Shown: positions 30,426-41,954, counted from the first letter of the whole stretch. The stretch is DNA of 63,670 nt, filler included, from Trichomonas gallinae (GCA_008369845.1; 12 parts of 12 records of this genome joined end to end with filler, not necessarily neighbours in it); one strand, 5' to 3'. A program made the numbers and translations. The notes: generated by a model from the sequence alone, not told the origin.

Positions 30426-31097
30426 CTACGTCTTAGCTAGCATTGTTTTCATATCAGGTTTATCCTTTTTGACGGATTTAAACATATCCATCATTGTTAA
30501 TTGTTGCTTGCCGCCATTAATTCTTTTAATACACTCTGGTCCTGTGTAGCCTGGCTTAAGAGCATCGCGTGAAACTGGATAGAAATCAATTTGTGGTGGG
30601 TTTGCTGTTAAGAAATACTCAAATTTTGGAGATTCCCACAAAGCGATTTCATCCTGAGATAAAATGATTGGCATTCTTGGATGTATCTTTTTAACATCAT
30701 TAACAGAGTCGCGCGTCAATATAACGAATTCATTATGTTGTGTATAAAAACCAGCAAGGAATAATAGCTCTTTTCCTCTCTTATGGAAGAAATAAGGCTG
30801 TGAAGACTTATTCCATTCAAAATATCCGTCGGCTGGAATGACACATCTTCTGTTCATAATATCCTTATTGAATTTTTGAACAACAGTCTCACTTCTTGCG
30901 TTAATGAGTGGCTGTGAGCCTGTCATCATGCCCCATTTTAGCAATTGTATGACTTGTTGAGCAAAAACCGGAGCAGCATTTGTTGGTGAAATATTGTTCG
31001 ATGGATTGAACTGAAATCCATTCTCTTGGACTCGTCTTGCATTAAGATTAGCCATCAATTGCGTCAGGGCCCTATTTAAAGCAAATCTGCCGCACAT
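30426..31097 (-). CDS. HMCES: SRAP-domain abasic-site protecting protein (HMCES/YedK family)
   Basis: True start is MCGRF at 31097. Motifs N.SPT, INARSET, RRCVIPADGYFEW, PYF, ILT and IHPRMPIIL. Confidence 0.93.
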   Translation of the reverse strand: MCGRFALNRALTQLMANLNARRVQENGFQFNPSNNISPTNAAPVFAQQVIQLLKWGMMTGSQPLINARSETVVQKFNKDIMNRRCVIPADGYFEWNKSSQPYFFHKRGKELLFLAGFYTQHNEFVILTRDSVNDVKKIHPRMPIILSQDEIALWESPKFEYFLTANPPQIDFYPVSRDALKPGYTGPECIKRINGGKQQLTMMDMFKSVKKDKPDMKTMLAKT

Positions 31098-31779
31098 CGT
31101 TAGATTTAAAAAAAATAATCTATACGTTAAGGAGAAGCAAGTTCCTCGTAAAAGTGACACTGTAAAGTATTTATTTGGCAAATTAAATATTTATGTGGCA
31201 AAATGACAAAATATTATTTTTGTTTTTTACTTATATAGACGTATAAGTATACATGCATGAGAGCTTTCTGTTAGATTATATTATATCATACAGTTACACA
31301 AAATAGAATTATTATTTATCAAATAAACATATTGTAAACATCGAATTAAAAATGGATTCTGAGTAATTAAAAGATTTTGAAATTACGAATAGCGATATAT
31401 TAAGTGGTACTGTGCATATAAAAATGCTATTAGACATGTTTTAAGGCCATTTTTGAAGAGTCTTCTTTCATGTGCTCGGACATGTTTTCTATGACTTAAT
31501 CAAAATTATTGATTGAGCACATACATATAAACAAATGATACCCTATGTAGATTGCATATATACTAGTACACTGCCCTCTAGACTCGATTTAATGCACACA
31601 TTATTTGTCAAAGCATGAAGTTCGATTAGCTCGAGTTCTAAATGATTTCAAGCATAAAACACACATATAGGGTATTTTTTAAAAAAAAATATTTATTATT
31701 TCAAATAATTGTAAAATGGAAAACAATCCATGTTTATATCAGCATAATGTAAGTGCTCAAAATTCGAATTGAAAAAAAA

Positions 31780-32196
31780 TTAGAAATTAGTCATCATTTC
31801 TGTTGGCTGATGATCTTCTTCGTTGTTGATATCTTCGCCTGAAACATCAACTGTTTCACCGGAGTCACTGACACCATCGATCTTTTTCGATATCATTGAT
31901 GATGAAATCTCATTGCCGAGGTTATTGTCAATATCATCGCCTGAAACATCGACCGTTTCGCCAGAGTCACTGACACCATCGAATTCCTTTGAAATGATCG
32001 AAGAGGCGAATTCGAAGCCAAGATCATCATTAACATCATCGCCTGAAACATCGACCGTTTCGCCAGAGTCTTCGATGTCTGACCAATTGTCTGCTGCTTC
32101 TAAATCAATGTTATCTTCCTCCTCTTCTTCCTTATTGCTCTTGAAAATAGTCATGATGAGTAAGATGAGGATGATGATGAGGATCACAATGATGAT
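31780..32196 (-). CDS. C-terminal TM and acidic repeat tail of a membrane protein (5'-truncated)
   Basis: Ile/Leu-rich TM, then three copies of DSGETVDVSG(D/E)D at a 102-nt (34-aa) period. Confidence 0.7.
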   Translation of the reverse strand: MIIVILIIILILLIMTIFKSNKEEEEEDNIDLEAADNWSDIEDSGETVDVSGDDVNDDLGFEFASSIISKEFDGVSDSGETVDVSGDDIDNNLGNEISSSMISKKIDGVSDSGETVDVSGEDINNEEDHQPTEMMTNF

Positions 32197-32296
32197 NNNN
32201 NNNNNNNNNNNNNNNNNNNNNNNNNNNNNNNNNNNNNNNNTTAATTAATTAANNNNNNNNNNNNNNNNNNNNNNNNNNNNNNNNNNNNNNNNNNNN

Positions 32297-33610
32297 ATCA
32301 AATCTCCTTTCGTGAGTCCAAATGTTCGAGAGAAATTCTTCAAGATGTACAATGATTTCATTTCTTCTCAGTTGAATATAGGTGACATAGAAGATTTCTC
32401 TAATTACAATTCTTTCATCAAGAATATTCTTTTGACGGATCCAACGGTTTGTCAACAGTACTCAAGACGTTTTCGATGCAACGAAGCTTTCAAATATCTT
32501 AGTATATATCCTGAATTTCACTCAAAAGTTGATCTTCCCGCAATTAAAGCCAAACAAAATGAATTCACAGACTTCATTAAAACTAGTTCCCAAAAAGGCG
32601 TAAAACCAATTAAACTCAGCGAAAATCATACGACATTTCAAGAAAAAATTGTTTTAATTAAAAAGCAAATTGACGAGTTACATGACAAACATGAAAAAAT
32701 TCCAGACAATGACAAAATCAGAAGTCTTGAATCCAAATTTAAATCAAAGATTGATGAACAAGAGGAGGAAGATAAAAAAGTTCAAGATGCTTTAGGCGTT
32801 ATTGATAGATACTGGAACTTAACTAATTACGAAATGATTGATTTGAAAGAATATAATGTTGCTTCATTGGTTTCTCATAATGATGATATGAATCATTATA
32901 AATTATTGATAAAAATTCTCCAAGAAGAAATTATCACTAAAAATGAGGAAAAAACAAGATTACAAGAGAAAAAAGACTCGAATACAACAGAAATTAACGA
33001 TCTACAAACTGAAATAAGTAAACTGACCAATAATCAACAAAATACTAATGATGAGCAGAATCAATTAAAGCAATTGAATGATTCAAAGGATCAAAAACTA
33101 GAAGAGAATAAGTATTTAGATTCTAAAATATCAGCAATTGACTCCGAAAATGCAGAACTTCAGAATAACATCAAAGTTTGCCAATCAGCAGTTGATTATA
33201 TTCAAAATATAATCAATAAACACGAATCTCTGGCTGTAAATATATGCTTGGTTTCTGGTTATTGTATCAATAATATCTTAAAATTGATCGAATCTGCCGC
33301 TGATGAAGAAAAACTTGAGAATAGAATCCTCAAACGTTACTTGGACGACTTAACAGCCAAATTGACAGAACAAGACAGAAAAATCGAGCAACTAGAGACT
33401 GAGCTTGCTCTAAATAAAGACAAAGAAATAAAAATCAACAAATCAATCATCGAGGAACTGACTAAGACGAATTCTGCAAAAGAAGAAACAAACAAGTTAT
33501 ACGATGAAATTAGACAGAATAACAAGAAAATTAAAGATCTGTATGAATCCAATGATAAGGCAGTTCAAATTGAAATTGAATTTAATTCATTGCTTCGTGG
33601 AATCAAATAA
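32297..33610 (+). CDS. Coiled-coil hypothetical protein, 5'-truncated by gap
   Basis: Long open frame with E/K/N/Q-rich heptads. Confidence 0.7.
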   Translation: MKSPFVSPNVREKFFKMYNDFISSQLNIGDIEDFSNYNSFIKNILLTDPTVCQQYSRRFRCNEAFKYLSIYPEFHSKVDLPAIKAKQNEFTDFIKTSSQKGVKPIKLSENHTTFQEKIVLIKKQIDELHDKHEKIPDNDKIRSLESKFKSKIDEQEEEDKKVQDALGVIDRYWNLTNYEMIDLKEYNVASLVSHNDDMNHYKLLIKILQEEIITKNEEKTRLQEKKDSNTTEINDLQTEISKLTNNQQNTNDEQNQLKQLNDSKDQKLEENKYLDSKISAIDSENAELQNNIKVCQSAVDYIQNIINKHESLAVNICLVSGYCINNILKLIESAADEEKLENRILKRYLDDLTAKLTEQDRKIEQLETELALNKDKEIKINKSIIEELTKTNSAKEETNKLYDEIRQNNKKIKDLYESNDKAVQIEIEFNSLLRGIK

Positions 33611-33729
33611 ACATGCAATGATTTCTAAGTCTAAACTTATTAAATTTTTTTTTTTGTCAAATATTGATGTCCTGTTTTCAAAATTTATATAATAGGGTGT
33701 GAAAAAAATAAACAGGAATTTTAAAATTT

Positions 33730-33935
33730 TGACATGTAAATAGTAATTCACTTTTTACAAGAAATTTGTTTATTTTGATATGTAAACCATAATTCATGTT
33801 ATATTGCCAAAAATATGACATGTAAACAATAATTCATATCATTTTTTCAATTTTTGTTAAATTTTTGACATGTAAACCATAATTCACTACATTTTGACTC
33901 CAAAAATTTTTGACTGTACAAATTTTTACATGTCA
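33730..33935. repeat. Array of four 21-bp motifs TGAYATGTAAAYNRTAATTCA with unrelated spacers, plus one inverted TGACATGTAAA
   Basis: Copies start at 33730, 33776, 33816 and 33866. The inverted copy is at 33925-33935, 31 nt before the CAND1 ATG. Confidence 0.85.
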
Positions 33936-33966
33936 TAATTAAAAATTACCAAACATTGTTTTTTCC

Positions 33967-36900
33967 ATGATAACGAAGCAAGTTGATATACGCCATTATA
34001 AAGATCAAATGCTTCACACAGACCAGGATTATGCAGTTCTGGAGTTGCAGTCTATCAATGAAAAGTACGAAGAGTTCCATGGAATTGAAATCTCAGAAAA
34101 TCAAACAAATTCATTCTTTGCATATCTTTTCATGAACATTTCAACAAAACACGAAGATTTGCGCGATACAATTCTTCGAACTATCGTTCTTTCAACTTAT
34201 TATTACGACATTAATTCGATATCAATAATTTTTGATCGAGTTTTCAACGAAATGTCACCAAGTGATTCCGATATCAGACCACACTTATGCGCTATTCTCA
34301 AAGAAATCTTATCTAATCACGCAAATGTTTCGATTGAAAGATGCAAAAAATACATTGAAAGCATTTTACCAGTTCTTCTAAGAGATATCACAACTCTTAG
34401 TGATGGATACTCAGAATCTTTACTTGAAGTTTTCGTTTCTTTAATGGAAAATATTGGCTCATTGGTAAATCCAGAAGATATTCGCTCTATTCTTGAGAAA
34501 ATCATTTACCTTATCAAGCAATGTGAAACAGCAAAAGATTACAGCTTGATTACAAACATTTCAAATTTAATCAAATACTGGTCTTTCTATGCCATTGCAG
34601 AGGACATTGAGAAGCTTGTTGATATGTTGTTTAAAGACGACATTGACAAGAACAACGTGACAATACCAGTTCTCTCAGTTACAATTTCTGCAAATCCAAT
34701 TGCTTTCAGTAAGTATGTTGAGAAATCGTTTGAATTGTTCTCCGAATTTATGTCTGAAGAGTCAAGAGATGAGACAGAAGATATTGATGATTTCGACAAT
34801 GACTTTGAAATGACTGAAACTTCACCTGAAACAGAAATAGATAGAATTAAACTCCGCCAGCAGTGTCTTGAGACATTAGCTGTATTAGCAGATGCATATA
34901 AATCAGAAATGGTTGACCATGCTGACAGATTAATTGAATTGTTCAAGGAAAACATTGTTTACGGAATCACAGATGGTGTTGAGTCACAAATCGAAATCGG
35001 AGATGAACTCCGCATGGAAGGAATGGACGATGAAGAAGAAATGATGGAACAAGCAGATGAAACAAATTCAGGAACGGAAGACAGCTGGAAACTTCGTAAG
35101 GCTTCTTCCATGTTAGGCAAGGTTCTTATTTCTTCATTCCACGAAAAGTTCTTTGAAATTTTCAATGATTTGCATATATTCGAAGTAATATTGCTTGATT
35201 CAGACAACGCATCACTCAATGATAGCTTAGACTTCATCGTTGAATTGATCAAAAAGTATAAAGGTGAAGCTGATCAAGAATCGATTATTTATATTATCGA
35301 CAGCATTAGCAAAAATATTAGACCAGATACAACAACAGTTAGTTTGCTCTTGAATGCACTCGCAAGAGTCATCAATATTACATCTCTTCTCAAAGATAAT
35401 TTATTGATCAATCCAATTAACAATCTTCAGCTTCACTTAACACCACAAATTGTTCCAGATCTTACTTCATGCATTAACAACACATTGTCAACAACAAATG
35501 TTTCGGATAAGCTATTTGAAACAATTGTTGATGTTGTTAAAGTATGCTCGGAACTCAATAAATGCGCTTCATACTGTATAGAATCTTCTATCTACATTTT
35601 CAAGGTGAATAAGCCAATTTCCAACAGTATCGAAGAACTTGCAAAATTATGCATCGCAAATATGAACAATTCAAGCAACTTTTATCTTGCTCACCAAGCT
35701 CTTAGCGTCTTTGCAGCTAACTACCCAACAACACCGCTTGCAAAGGCTGCTGTAGAGGCAATTTCAGAAAAGATGATCGACCAAATTCCAATTCCATCAT
35801 TACTCTCTACGCTTTCACTTGTCGCAGTCTCAGAGAGCTACGTTCACATCAGCAAGGAGTGCTACATATCTTTGGTATCGCTGGTTAACTCTAAGAGCCA
35901 GACTCATCAATTCAGAGCACTCTTTGTATTATACTGCTTACTCTCAAAGAATTACATGCTTCCAACAAAGCAAGAAATCGTTTCGGCGCTCACTGAAGCA
36001 ATTAAAATCGTTGATGGAAGAGTTTTACAATACGCACTTCTCTCTCTCGAGTTAATTATCGAGGATTCTAATGACGTCAAGAACTTGTCGCAGACAATGA
36101 CAGACTTATTCAAGAAGAACATTGGCCAATTCGCTATTGAGCCATTTGCTAAACTCATCGCGAAATCAGTCAAGTTCGACAGAGAAACAGTTCTCAATGT
36201 CATTGCTGACTCATGCACAAAGATGAACAACATCGAAGAGTTCTCAGAAGTTATCGGAAGAGCTGCTGGTTTCGCTGGACAAGAGCTCGCTGATCCACTC
36301 GTTAACCAGTTCGAAAGTGATGTAATGTCAAAGACTATTTTGGCAATAAGAATCGTAGGCGAAATCGGCGCTCGCGTTGATATTTCATCCAAGAGCTCTA
36401 TCATCGACTTCATCTTCTCTCTCGCTGTTGGAAGCTCCGAAAACAGAGAAGTCATCAACACTGCTTCATTCGCAATCGGATCCATTGCATCATCAAGTGA
36501 AACATTGAGAGCAAGAATTTTGCAAAAAGTTACAGATGAAAAGCTTCCATCATCACTCACAACGCTACAATCACTTACATCTAAGCTCACAACCAAATGC
36601 GAGAACTTCGATGAAATCGCGCAATTCCTGCTCAGAGAAAGAGAGCAGATCAATGATGAGCACGAAATTCCAATTGCAAGGTCTTTGTCATCATTAATTT
36701 CAATCGACAGAGATTTCGCAAAGAAGTTAATAGATCTCACATCCAGTACAACAATCTCCCTTGCAAGAGTTTGCGCACACGCTGTCGATCTTTATCTTCG
36801 CACTCATAATGACGACTCTCTTCTTGACGACATCGTTGCACATCTCGATGTGAAGCGTCCGATTGTTTCTTACTTCCTCGTCAACTCTTTGATTTCAATT

Positions 36901-37488
36901 GCTAAAATCAACAAGTCAAGCGTTGCGAAGAGTCTCGACAAAATCATCGAGATCACAAAATTCGACCAGTGTCACATCGTCGAGAAAGCTTTCGGTGTCA
37001 CAACATTCAAAGAAGACATCGGTAAGTCTACTCGCTCGCTCGCATTGGAACTTGCCAACTTAGTCTGCGACGATTCAGATAAGGCCAACGATATCATCTC
37101 CGCAATCAAAGATCCAGAGGATGAAGTTGCTGTCACAGCGATGAAATTGATATCATCTTGGTGCATTGACGCTCCAAAAATTGTCCGCGAAAAGATTACA
37201 TTCATCGCGCAGAACTTGGTTGAACGCATAGACAGGAACAATAAGACATTGTTAGCAGGTTACTACATGATCACAGCTTCAATCGAACAGCTAGAGAACT
37301 TCAATAACTCAGACATAGCAAGATTAATTGCCGAGTTCGAAGGAAAGCCACAATTCGCTGACGAAAGGAAGAATGCTAAAGAAAAGGCCCAAGAAAGCTT
37401 ACATAACAAACAAACAAAGAACATGTCATTAACAGAAAATATGTTACTCAGCATCAAACCTGACGCGCCAACGAATTTATTCGATTAA
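33967..37488 (+). CDS. CAND1: Cullin-associated NEDD8-dissociated protein 1 (CAND1/TIP120)-like HEAT protein
   Basis: 1173 aa. N-terminal M...D.D(Y/F), an acidic loop followed by EDSWKLRKAS (CAND1 D.SWKVRRAA), and the beta-hairpin IVEKAFGVTTFKEDIGKSTRSLALE. Confidence 0.8.
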   Translation: MITKQVDIRHYKDQMLHTDQDYAVLELQSINEKYEEFHGIEISENQTNSFFAYLFMNISTKHEDLRDTILRTIVLSTYYYDINSISIIFDRVFNEMSPSDSDIRPHLCAILKEILSNHANVSIERCKKYIESILPVLLRDITTLSDGYSESLLEVFVSLMENIGSLVNPEDIRSILEKIIYLIKQCETAKDYSLITNISNLIKYWSFYAIAEDIEKLVDMLFKDDIDKNNVTIPVLSVTISANPIAFSKYVEKSFELFSEFMSEESRDETEDIDDFDNDFEMTETSPETEIDRIKLRQQCLETLAVLADAYKSEMVDHADRLIELFKENIVYGITDGVESQIEIGDELRMEGMDDEEEMMEQADETNSGTEDSWKLRKASSMLGKVLISSFHEKFFEIFNDLHIFEVILLDSDNASLNDSLDFIVELIKKYKGEADQESIIYIIDSISKNIRPDTTTVSLLLNALARVINITSLLKDNLLINPINNLQLHLTPQIVPDLTSCINNTLSTTNVSDKLFETIVDVVKVCSELNKCASYCIESSIYIFKVNKPISNSIEELAKLCIANMNNSSNFYLAHQALSVFAANYPTTPLAKAAVEAISEKMIDQIPIPSLLSTLSLVAVSESYVHISKECYISLVSLVNSKSQTHQFRALFVLYCLLSKNYMLPTKQEIVSALTEAIKIVDGRVLQYALLSLELIIEDSNDVKNLSQTMTDLFKKNIGQFAIEPFAKLIAKSVKFDRETVLNVIADSCTKMNNIEEFSEVIGRAAGFAGQELADPLVNQFESDVMSKTILAIRIVGEIGARVDISSKSSIIDFIFSLAVGSSENREVINTASFAIGSIASSSETLRARILQKVTDEKLPSSLTTLQSLTSKLTTKCENFDEIAQFLLREREQINDEHEIPIARSLSSLISIDRDFAKKLIDLTSSTTISLARVCAHAVDLYLRTHNDDSLLDDIVAHLDVKRPIVSYFLVNSLISIAKINKSSVAKSLDKIIEITKFDQCHIVEKAFGVTTFKEDIGKSTRSLALELANLVCDDSDKANDIISAIKDPEDEVAVTAMKLISSWCIDAPKIVREKITFIAQNLVERIDRNNKTLLAGYYMITASIEQLENFNNSDIARLIAEFEGKPQFADERKNAKEKAQESLHNKQTKNMSLTENMLLSIKPDAPTNLFD

Positions 37489-38194
37489 AAAAACTAATTA
37501 TTCGTTTGGTTTTTAATTAGCACATCTTTTTATACATTGACTAATATACATAATCTCAATAATATGTAATTCTTTATCAAAATTAACGACGGAATTTTTG
37601 ATATTATTGAAAAATTGTTAGAAATAACTAGCAATAGACATTCATAATTTTATTTTGATGTACAATATATATTTTATATGTAACTAAGGATTGCAATAAT
37701 GTAAATATGATATTAATATATTTGAAGCTTTTTTTGATTGTATAATGAGCAGAATAACTATATATTGTATGCATTTATGAAATGTTACATCTATATAACA
37801 TGCTTGCTAATGAAATTATCGATCATTTGATTTCATTGAGTAAAAACTAAATTTCATGAAATTTGCAGTATGGAGATATAGTAACTGTGTTGTATAGAAT
37901 AATATTTTGTATTTATATCATGTTATTACGCTAAGTTTTTTGTTAATGCCATTGATCAAATTTCCAAAACTAAAGCGAAACAATCTTTTTTGTTTAACAA
38001 ATAAGCAGCCATTGTCATAAAATATCATATATTAGAGTATAAATCCATTATGAGTCAAATTCATAAGAATCAAATCAATTGAATCATTTTTCACCGAAAA
38101 CTTGTTTGTTTTATTTCTTTAAAAGAGCAAATTCATATTTTTGAAAATAAAAGCTTTTTGACATAGCTCTCTAAATAAAAGTGACAAAGATTAT

Positions 38195-41100
38195 ATGACA
38201 TCACAGCTTTTTGATGCTGCGCATGTTCTCGTGCAGCATATTGATTTAATGCTTGCGAAAGCCGAGTCTATTCGTATGTTCGTCTTTCCAACGTCAACAC
38301 TTTCGAAAGAATTCTTATCGCGCGACGGAAAATCGGCTTACGAAGCTGCTGAGAACTTGATTAAGAACAAGGACCTCAGCTCCAAGAAGATGTCAAAGTC
38401 AAATATTAAGTTTTTGCAAGAAAATGAAGATAAAATTTTACAAATCGCGCATTCCATGGATTATATCAAAACATGGTGTGTTTCAGCAAGAACAGTAATG
38501 TTCAAAATGGCAGAATCATCCGTTGATTTTAACCTCAAATGGAATAATACATTCACAACAATCTTTTTGAAATTATTCGTCGCATTTTCCAAGGCATCTC
38601 TCTTCATTTACATGCTCCCAACAATCAAGATTGCAGTCTACTGTGCTCCATACTGCCCAGGTTTTAACAGAGGCGAATTTTCAAGCGATATTCTTGACGT
38701 AAAGACATTTATCAACAGAGCATCTGGAGATCCATTCGATATGCTCGTTGCAAAGTCAGAAAAAGCTAACAAATACGACTTCGCCTTAGCTCTCGGTCAA
38801 TTATTATCACAAACAGGTCCATATGTCATTCAAGCTCTGGGACAGTGGCCACTCATCAACTGGGACAGATTCAACCCCTTCACAAAGTCTAGGACTCAAT
38901 CACACTCTACATATCTTGATCTTGAGCATCTTTGTCTCGCACATCTTCCATTGATTCGCGAGGCAACAGTTTTCTTCTGCCTCACATTTCCAACATTCCT
39001 TGCTGAAATCAGGCACTTCAAGGCAATTATGATCGCCGTTTGCTCAGAAACAACAGGAATCTTCTTAACACGCCAGTTCCAAGTCCAGTTCAAGGATCTT
39101 TTTAACACATACGATCCGAAATGTCAGAAATTCAACAATGAAACAAGAAATATCATTGCAAGATATGCAACTTTAAAGCAGTCAATCACACACGCTAAGA
39201 GAATTTCCTCGATCGATCGCTTGATCAACGACATGACAAACATCGCTTCCTACAATCCAAATTATATTTCACAATTTTTGCACGATTACATTGCACTCGC
39301 TAGCTTCGGTGCATATGAGTTGGATTGCATCCTCACAGCACAGATTGCTCCAAAGGCAGCTTTGAGATTATTGTCAACACTTGTCAATTCATGCAAGGTC
39401 TTCTCAAAGTACCAGGCAATCATCTCCAGAACATTCGCATACAACATTGCTACTCTCGACTCCAGCTTCCTTAACGCTCTCATTTCGAATGCTGGACAGG
39501 CCAACGCTGACTGGCAGAAATACTTCATCGACCAGGCCAGGGAGCTATGCAACATCCTTGCAGTCGTTGATCTCGAAGAAATCGATAATGGAGCAATGTA
39601 CGATGCGACATCTTTCCTCGTCACTCACGGAAGACTTTGCACATACTTCAACAACCTCAAGACGAAGGAGAAGGCATCCCACCTTCAGTCTATCATGGAG
39701 CACCTCGAATCCGTCAGAATGCACATCAATTTCATGATGGAACCAGTCGAAACATTCGTCAGCTACTGCCCGATCCACCAAATCTGGCGCCACATCACGT
39801 ATCTCAGTGAGCTCGCTTCAGATTTAGACACAGAGGCAGATGCCGTCGGCTGCATCATGATGCTCTTCCCATACTTCAATCTCGACCAGATTGCTTTGTA
39901 CCAGTCACAGGGCGAACTTCAGCGCATCCAGCAGCACCTGCAGAACATCAGAGCTAACATTTTGAAGAGAGTTTATTCTCAGCTGAACGAATACATCTCC
40001 AAGACCTCCAAGTATCAGAGTATCACCAAGCAGAACCAGTTCGAGCACATCTTCGTTCCAACAGAATTCATCATTAATCAGAAGTGCGACTACGAGAAGG
40101 AAGAGAAGTACAAGAACCCAATTTGGCAGCTCAGAACTATGATGCTCAACATGCCAGGCGCCTTCACTTTCGGAAACACAGAAGTTGCTTGCGCCAAATA
40201 CATTGGTGAAGCCATCACACATTGCATCGCTTCCATCCTCTTCAGTGAGCCAATCTTAGATCCACAGTGGGTCGACTCTTCATTCAGCGCTGCCACACAG
40301 TTCATGTGGCCTTTGTTCGCTCTCATTGGTGCTCCATTCACACAGAAGATCCTCCAGTGCAAGTACGAACACTCATGCAACGAAAACCAGGTCACATTCC
40401 TCGGCCAGGTTGCAAACCTCAGCACACCATTCAAGCTCTCGCAGCCGAACCCAGAGACAGTCGCCAAGCTTCGTGGCACAACACAGCTTATCACTATCTT
40501 CCAGAAGTACGTCTTGGAATTTTTGGAGAAAGAGTCTGTCAAATTCAAGTACTTCCCGCATTCAAGATCATTCGAAAACGAGAAAGATAACACAGAGACA
40601 GCATTCTTCGCATACAGGGCTCTTTGCTCATTGGTCGAGAACCTTGGCCCACAGGGTATGTTCAACATCGACTGGATCTTGATCACGCACGCCACACAGA
40701 TCATCACTAAACTCTACAAGCACTATAACGACAACTCACCAGAAATCGCTTCATACTTCGCCGACTACCAGAAGGGTGGCAACTCGTGGGTTAAGTACGC
40801 AGCCAACAGCAAGATCCTCGATGAGGTCGGCTCCTTGATCATCAATCTCGGTGCAACTATGACAGTCAGAAAACTCCTCAGAGAAGCAATGAGAGACTAC
40901 TGCGAAATAACACTCCCAGGCTTCTACTCACTTATCAACGCTGGTATCAACAGAATCCAAGGCCAGCCAAACGAGCGTGAGTCTTTGATCATCGAAATCC
41001 TCTCGTCCAGGCCGTTCTTCCACTACATCGCTACATCCATTGACAAGACAGGTTTGATCAAGACAACAGATGCATTGTGCTTCTTCTTCTTCCTTTCATT

Positions 41101-41563
41101 GTCAATGGCTTTGCCGAAGTGGAAGACAATCATGTACGACCCAGAAACGGAGTACATCACATACAACTTCCACTTGTACCCAGCCGGTCTTGACTGCATT
41201 CTCAACGTCTTGCCATCACTTAGCAACTCCAATGACCAGAGAGATATCATCAACGGCATGTCACTCTTCTTCGATATCGCATCAAAGGTCGTCGTCAACA
41301 TGAGAAATGATACAACACAGACAGCTGCTTCAATCTCCGCTTATATTATCATGATTGACTTATTCCCAAGAACAATCAAGGCCATCGAGTACGGCAGAAT
41401 CACAAAGAACTTCCCACCATCTATCGTATCAGAGGCCTTCAGAAACGCTGCCGACTACAACTTCCACAGTATCATCAGAGCTAACACTGCCCAGAAGAAG
41501 AGAGGAAAGACACTGAAGAGCCTCAAGAAGAAGTCAAGGGCGCGTGGAATGACAGTTAAATGA
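38195..41563 (+). CDS. NCKAP1: WAVE/SCAR complex subunit Nap1 (NCKAP1/Hem family)
   Basis: 1122 aa. FNLKWNNTFTTIFLKLFV, H..R, and ALCSLVENLGPQGM...LITH (Nap1 L.EL.GPYGM...L..H), plus C-terminal FP...V..A. Confidence 0.8.
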   Translation: MTSQLFDAAHVLVQHIDLMLAKAESIRMFVFPTSTLSKEFLSRDGKSAYEAAENLIKNKDLSSKKMSKSNIKFLQENEDKILQIAHSMDYIKTWCVSARTVMFKMAESSVDFNLKWNNTFTTIFLKLFVAFSKASLFIYMLPTIKIAVYCAPYCPGFNRGEFSSDILDVKTFINRASGDPFDMLVAKSEKANKYDFALALGQLLSQTGPYVIQALGQWPLINWDRFNPFTKSRTQSHSTYLDLEHLCLAHLPLIREATVFFCLTFPTFLAEIRHFKAIMIAVCSETTGIFLTRQFQVQFKDLFNTYDPKCQKFNNETRNIIARYATLKQSITHAKRISSIDRLINDMTNIASYNPNYISQFLHDYIALASFGAYELDCILTAQIAPKAALRLLSTLVNSCKVFSKYQAIISRTFAYNIATLDSSFLNALISNAGQANADWQKYFIDQARELCNILAVVDLEEIDNGAMYDATSFLVTHGRLCTYFNNLKTKEKASHLQSIMEHLESVRMHINFMMEPVETFVSYCPIHQIWRHITYLSELASDLDTEADAVGCIMMLFPYFNLDQIALYQSQGELQRIQQHLQNIRANILKRVYSQLNEYISKTSKYQSITKQNQFEHIFVPTEFIINQKCDYEKEEKYKNPIWQLRTMMLNMPGAFTFGNTEVACAKYIGEAITHCIASILFSEPILDPQWVDSSFSAATQFMWPLFALIGAPFTQKILQCKYEHSCNENQVTFLGQVANLSTPFKLSQPNPETVAKLRGTTQLITIFQKYVLEFLEKESVKFKYFPHSRSFENEKDNTETAFFAYRALCSLVENLGPQGMFNIDWILITHATQIITKLYKHYNDNSPEIASYFADYQKGGNSWVKYAANSKILDEVGSLIINLGATMTVRKLLREAMRDYCEITLPGFYSLINAGINRIQGQPNERESLIIEILSSRPFFHYIATSIDKTGLIKTTDALCFFFFLSLSMALPKWKTIMYDPETEYITYNFHLYPAGLDCILNVLPSLSNSNDQRDIINGMSLFFDIASKVVVNMRNDTTQTAASISAYIIMIDLFPRTIKAIEYGRITKNFPPSIVSEAFRNAADYNFHSIIRANTAQKKRGKTLKSLKKKSRARGMTVK

Positions 41564-41954
41564 TTTTATTTTGATTTCATTTAAATATATCAATTTCATT
41601 AATTTTAAAATCTTTTTTCAATAAACAGAAATTAAACCAAGAAATCATATAGCAGTTGTAATACCTGAGATTTAATTTTATATCATAATTCGTAGGCAAT
41701 TGTATCAGTTTTACAGTAAAAATACTTTTCAAATTAGGCAAATGTTGAATGTCAATATGAAATTACTCCAATTTTGTATAATTTTAATCCAGAATGTAAT
41801 GGGTTGTAAAGCATTCAATAAAGAACCTTAATTATAACATAACCTTATAATAATCAATCAAATTTTGCAATTTTAGAATACATATGCATATTCAAAGAAT
41901 TTTGTCGGTGATTAGAATAAAAATATTATTATTTTTAGAGAATGAAAATGATTT

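Noticed and set aside
33730..33890. CRISPR array interpretation of the repeat-spacer pattern
   Set aside because: Eukaryotic context, no cas genes, degenerate 21-bp units, irregular AT-rich spacers, and the core motif is dispersed elsewhere.
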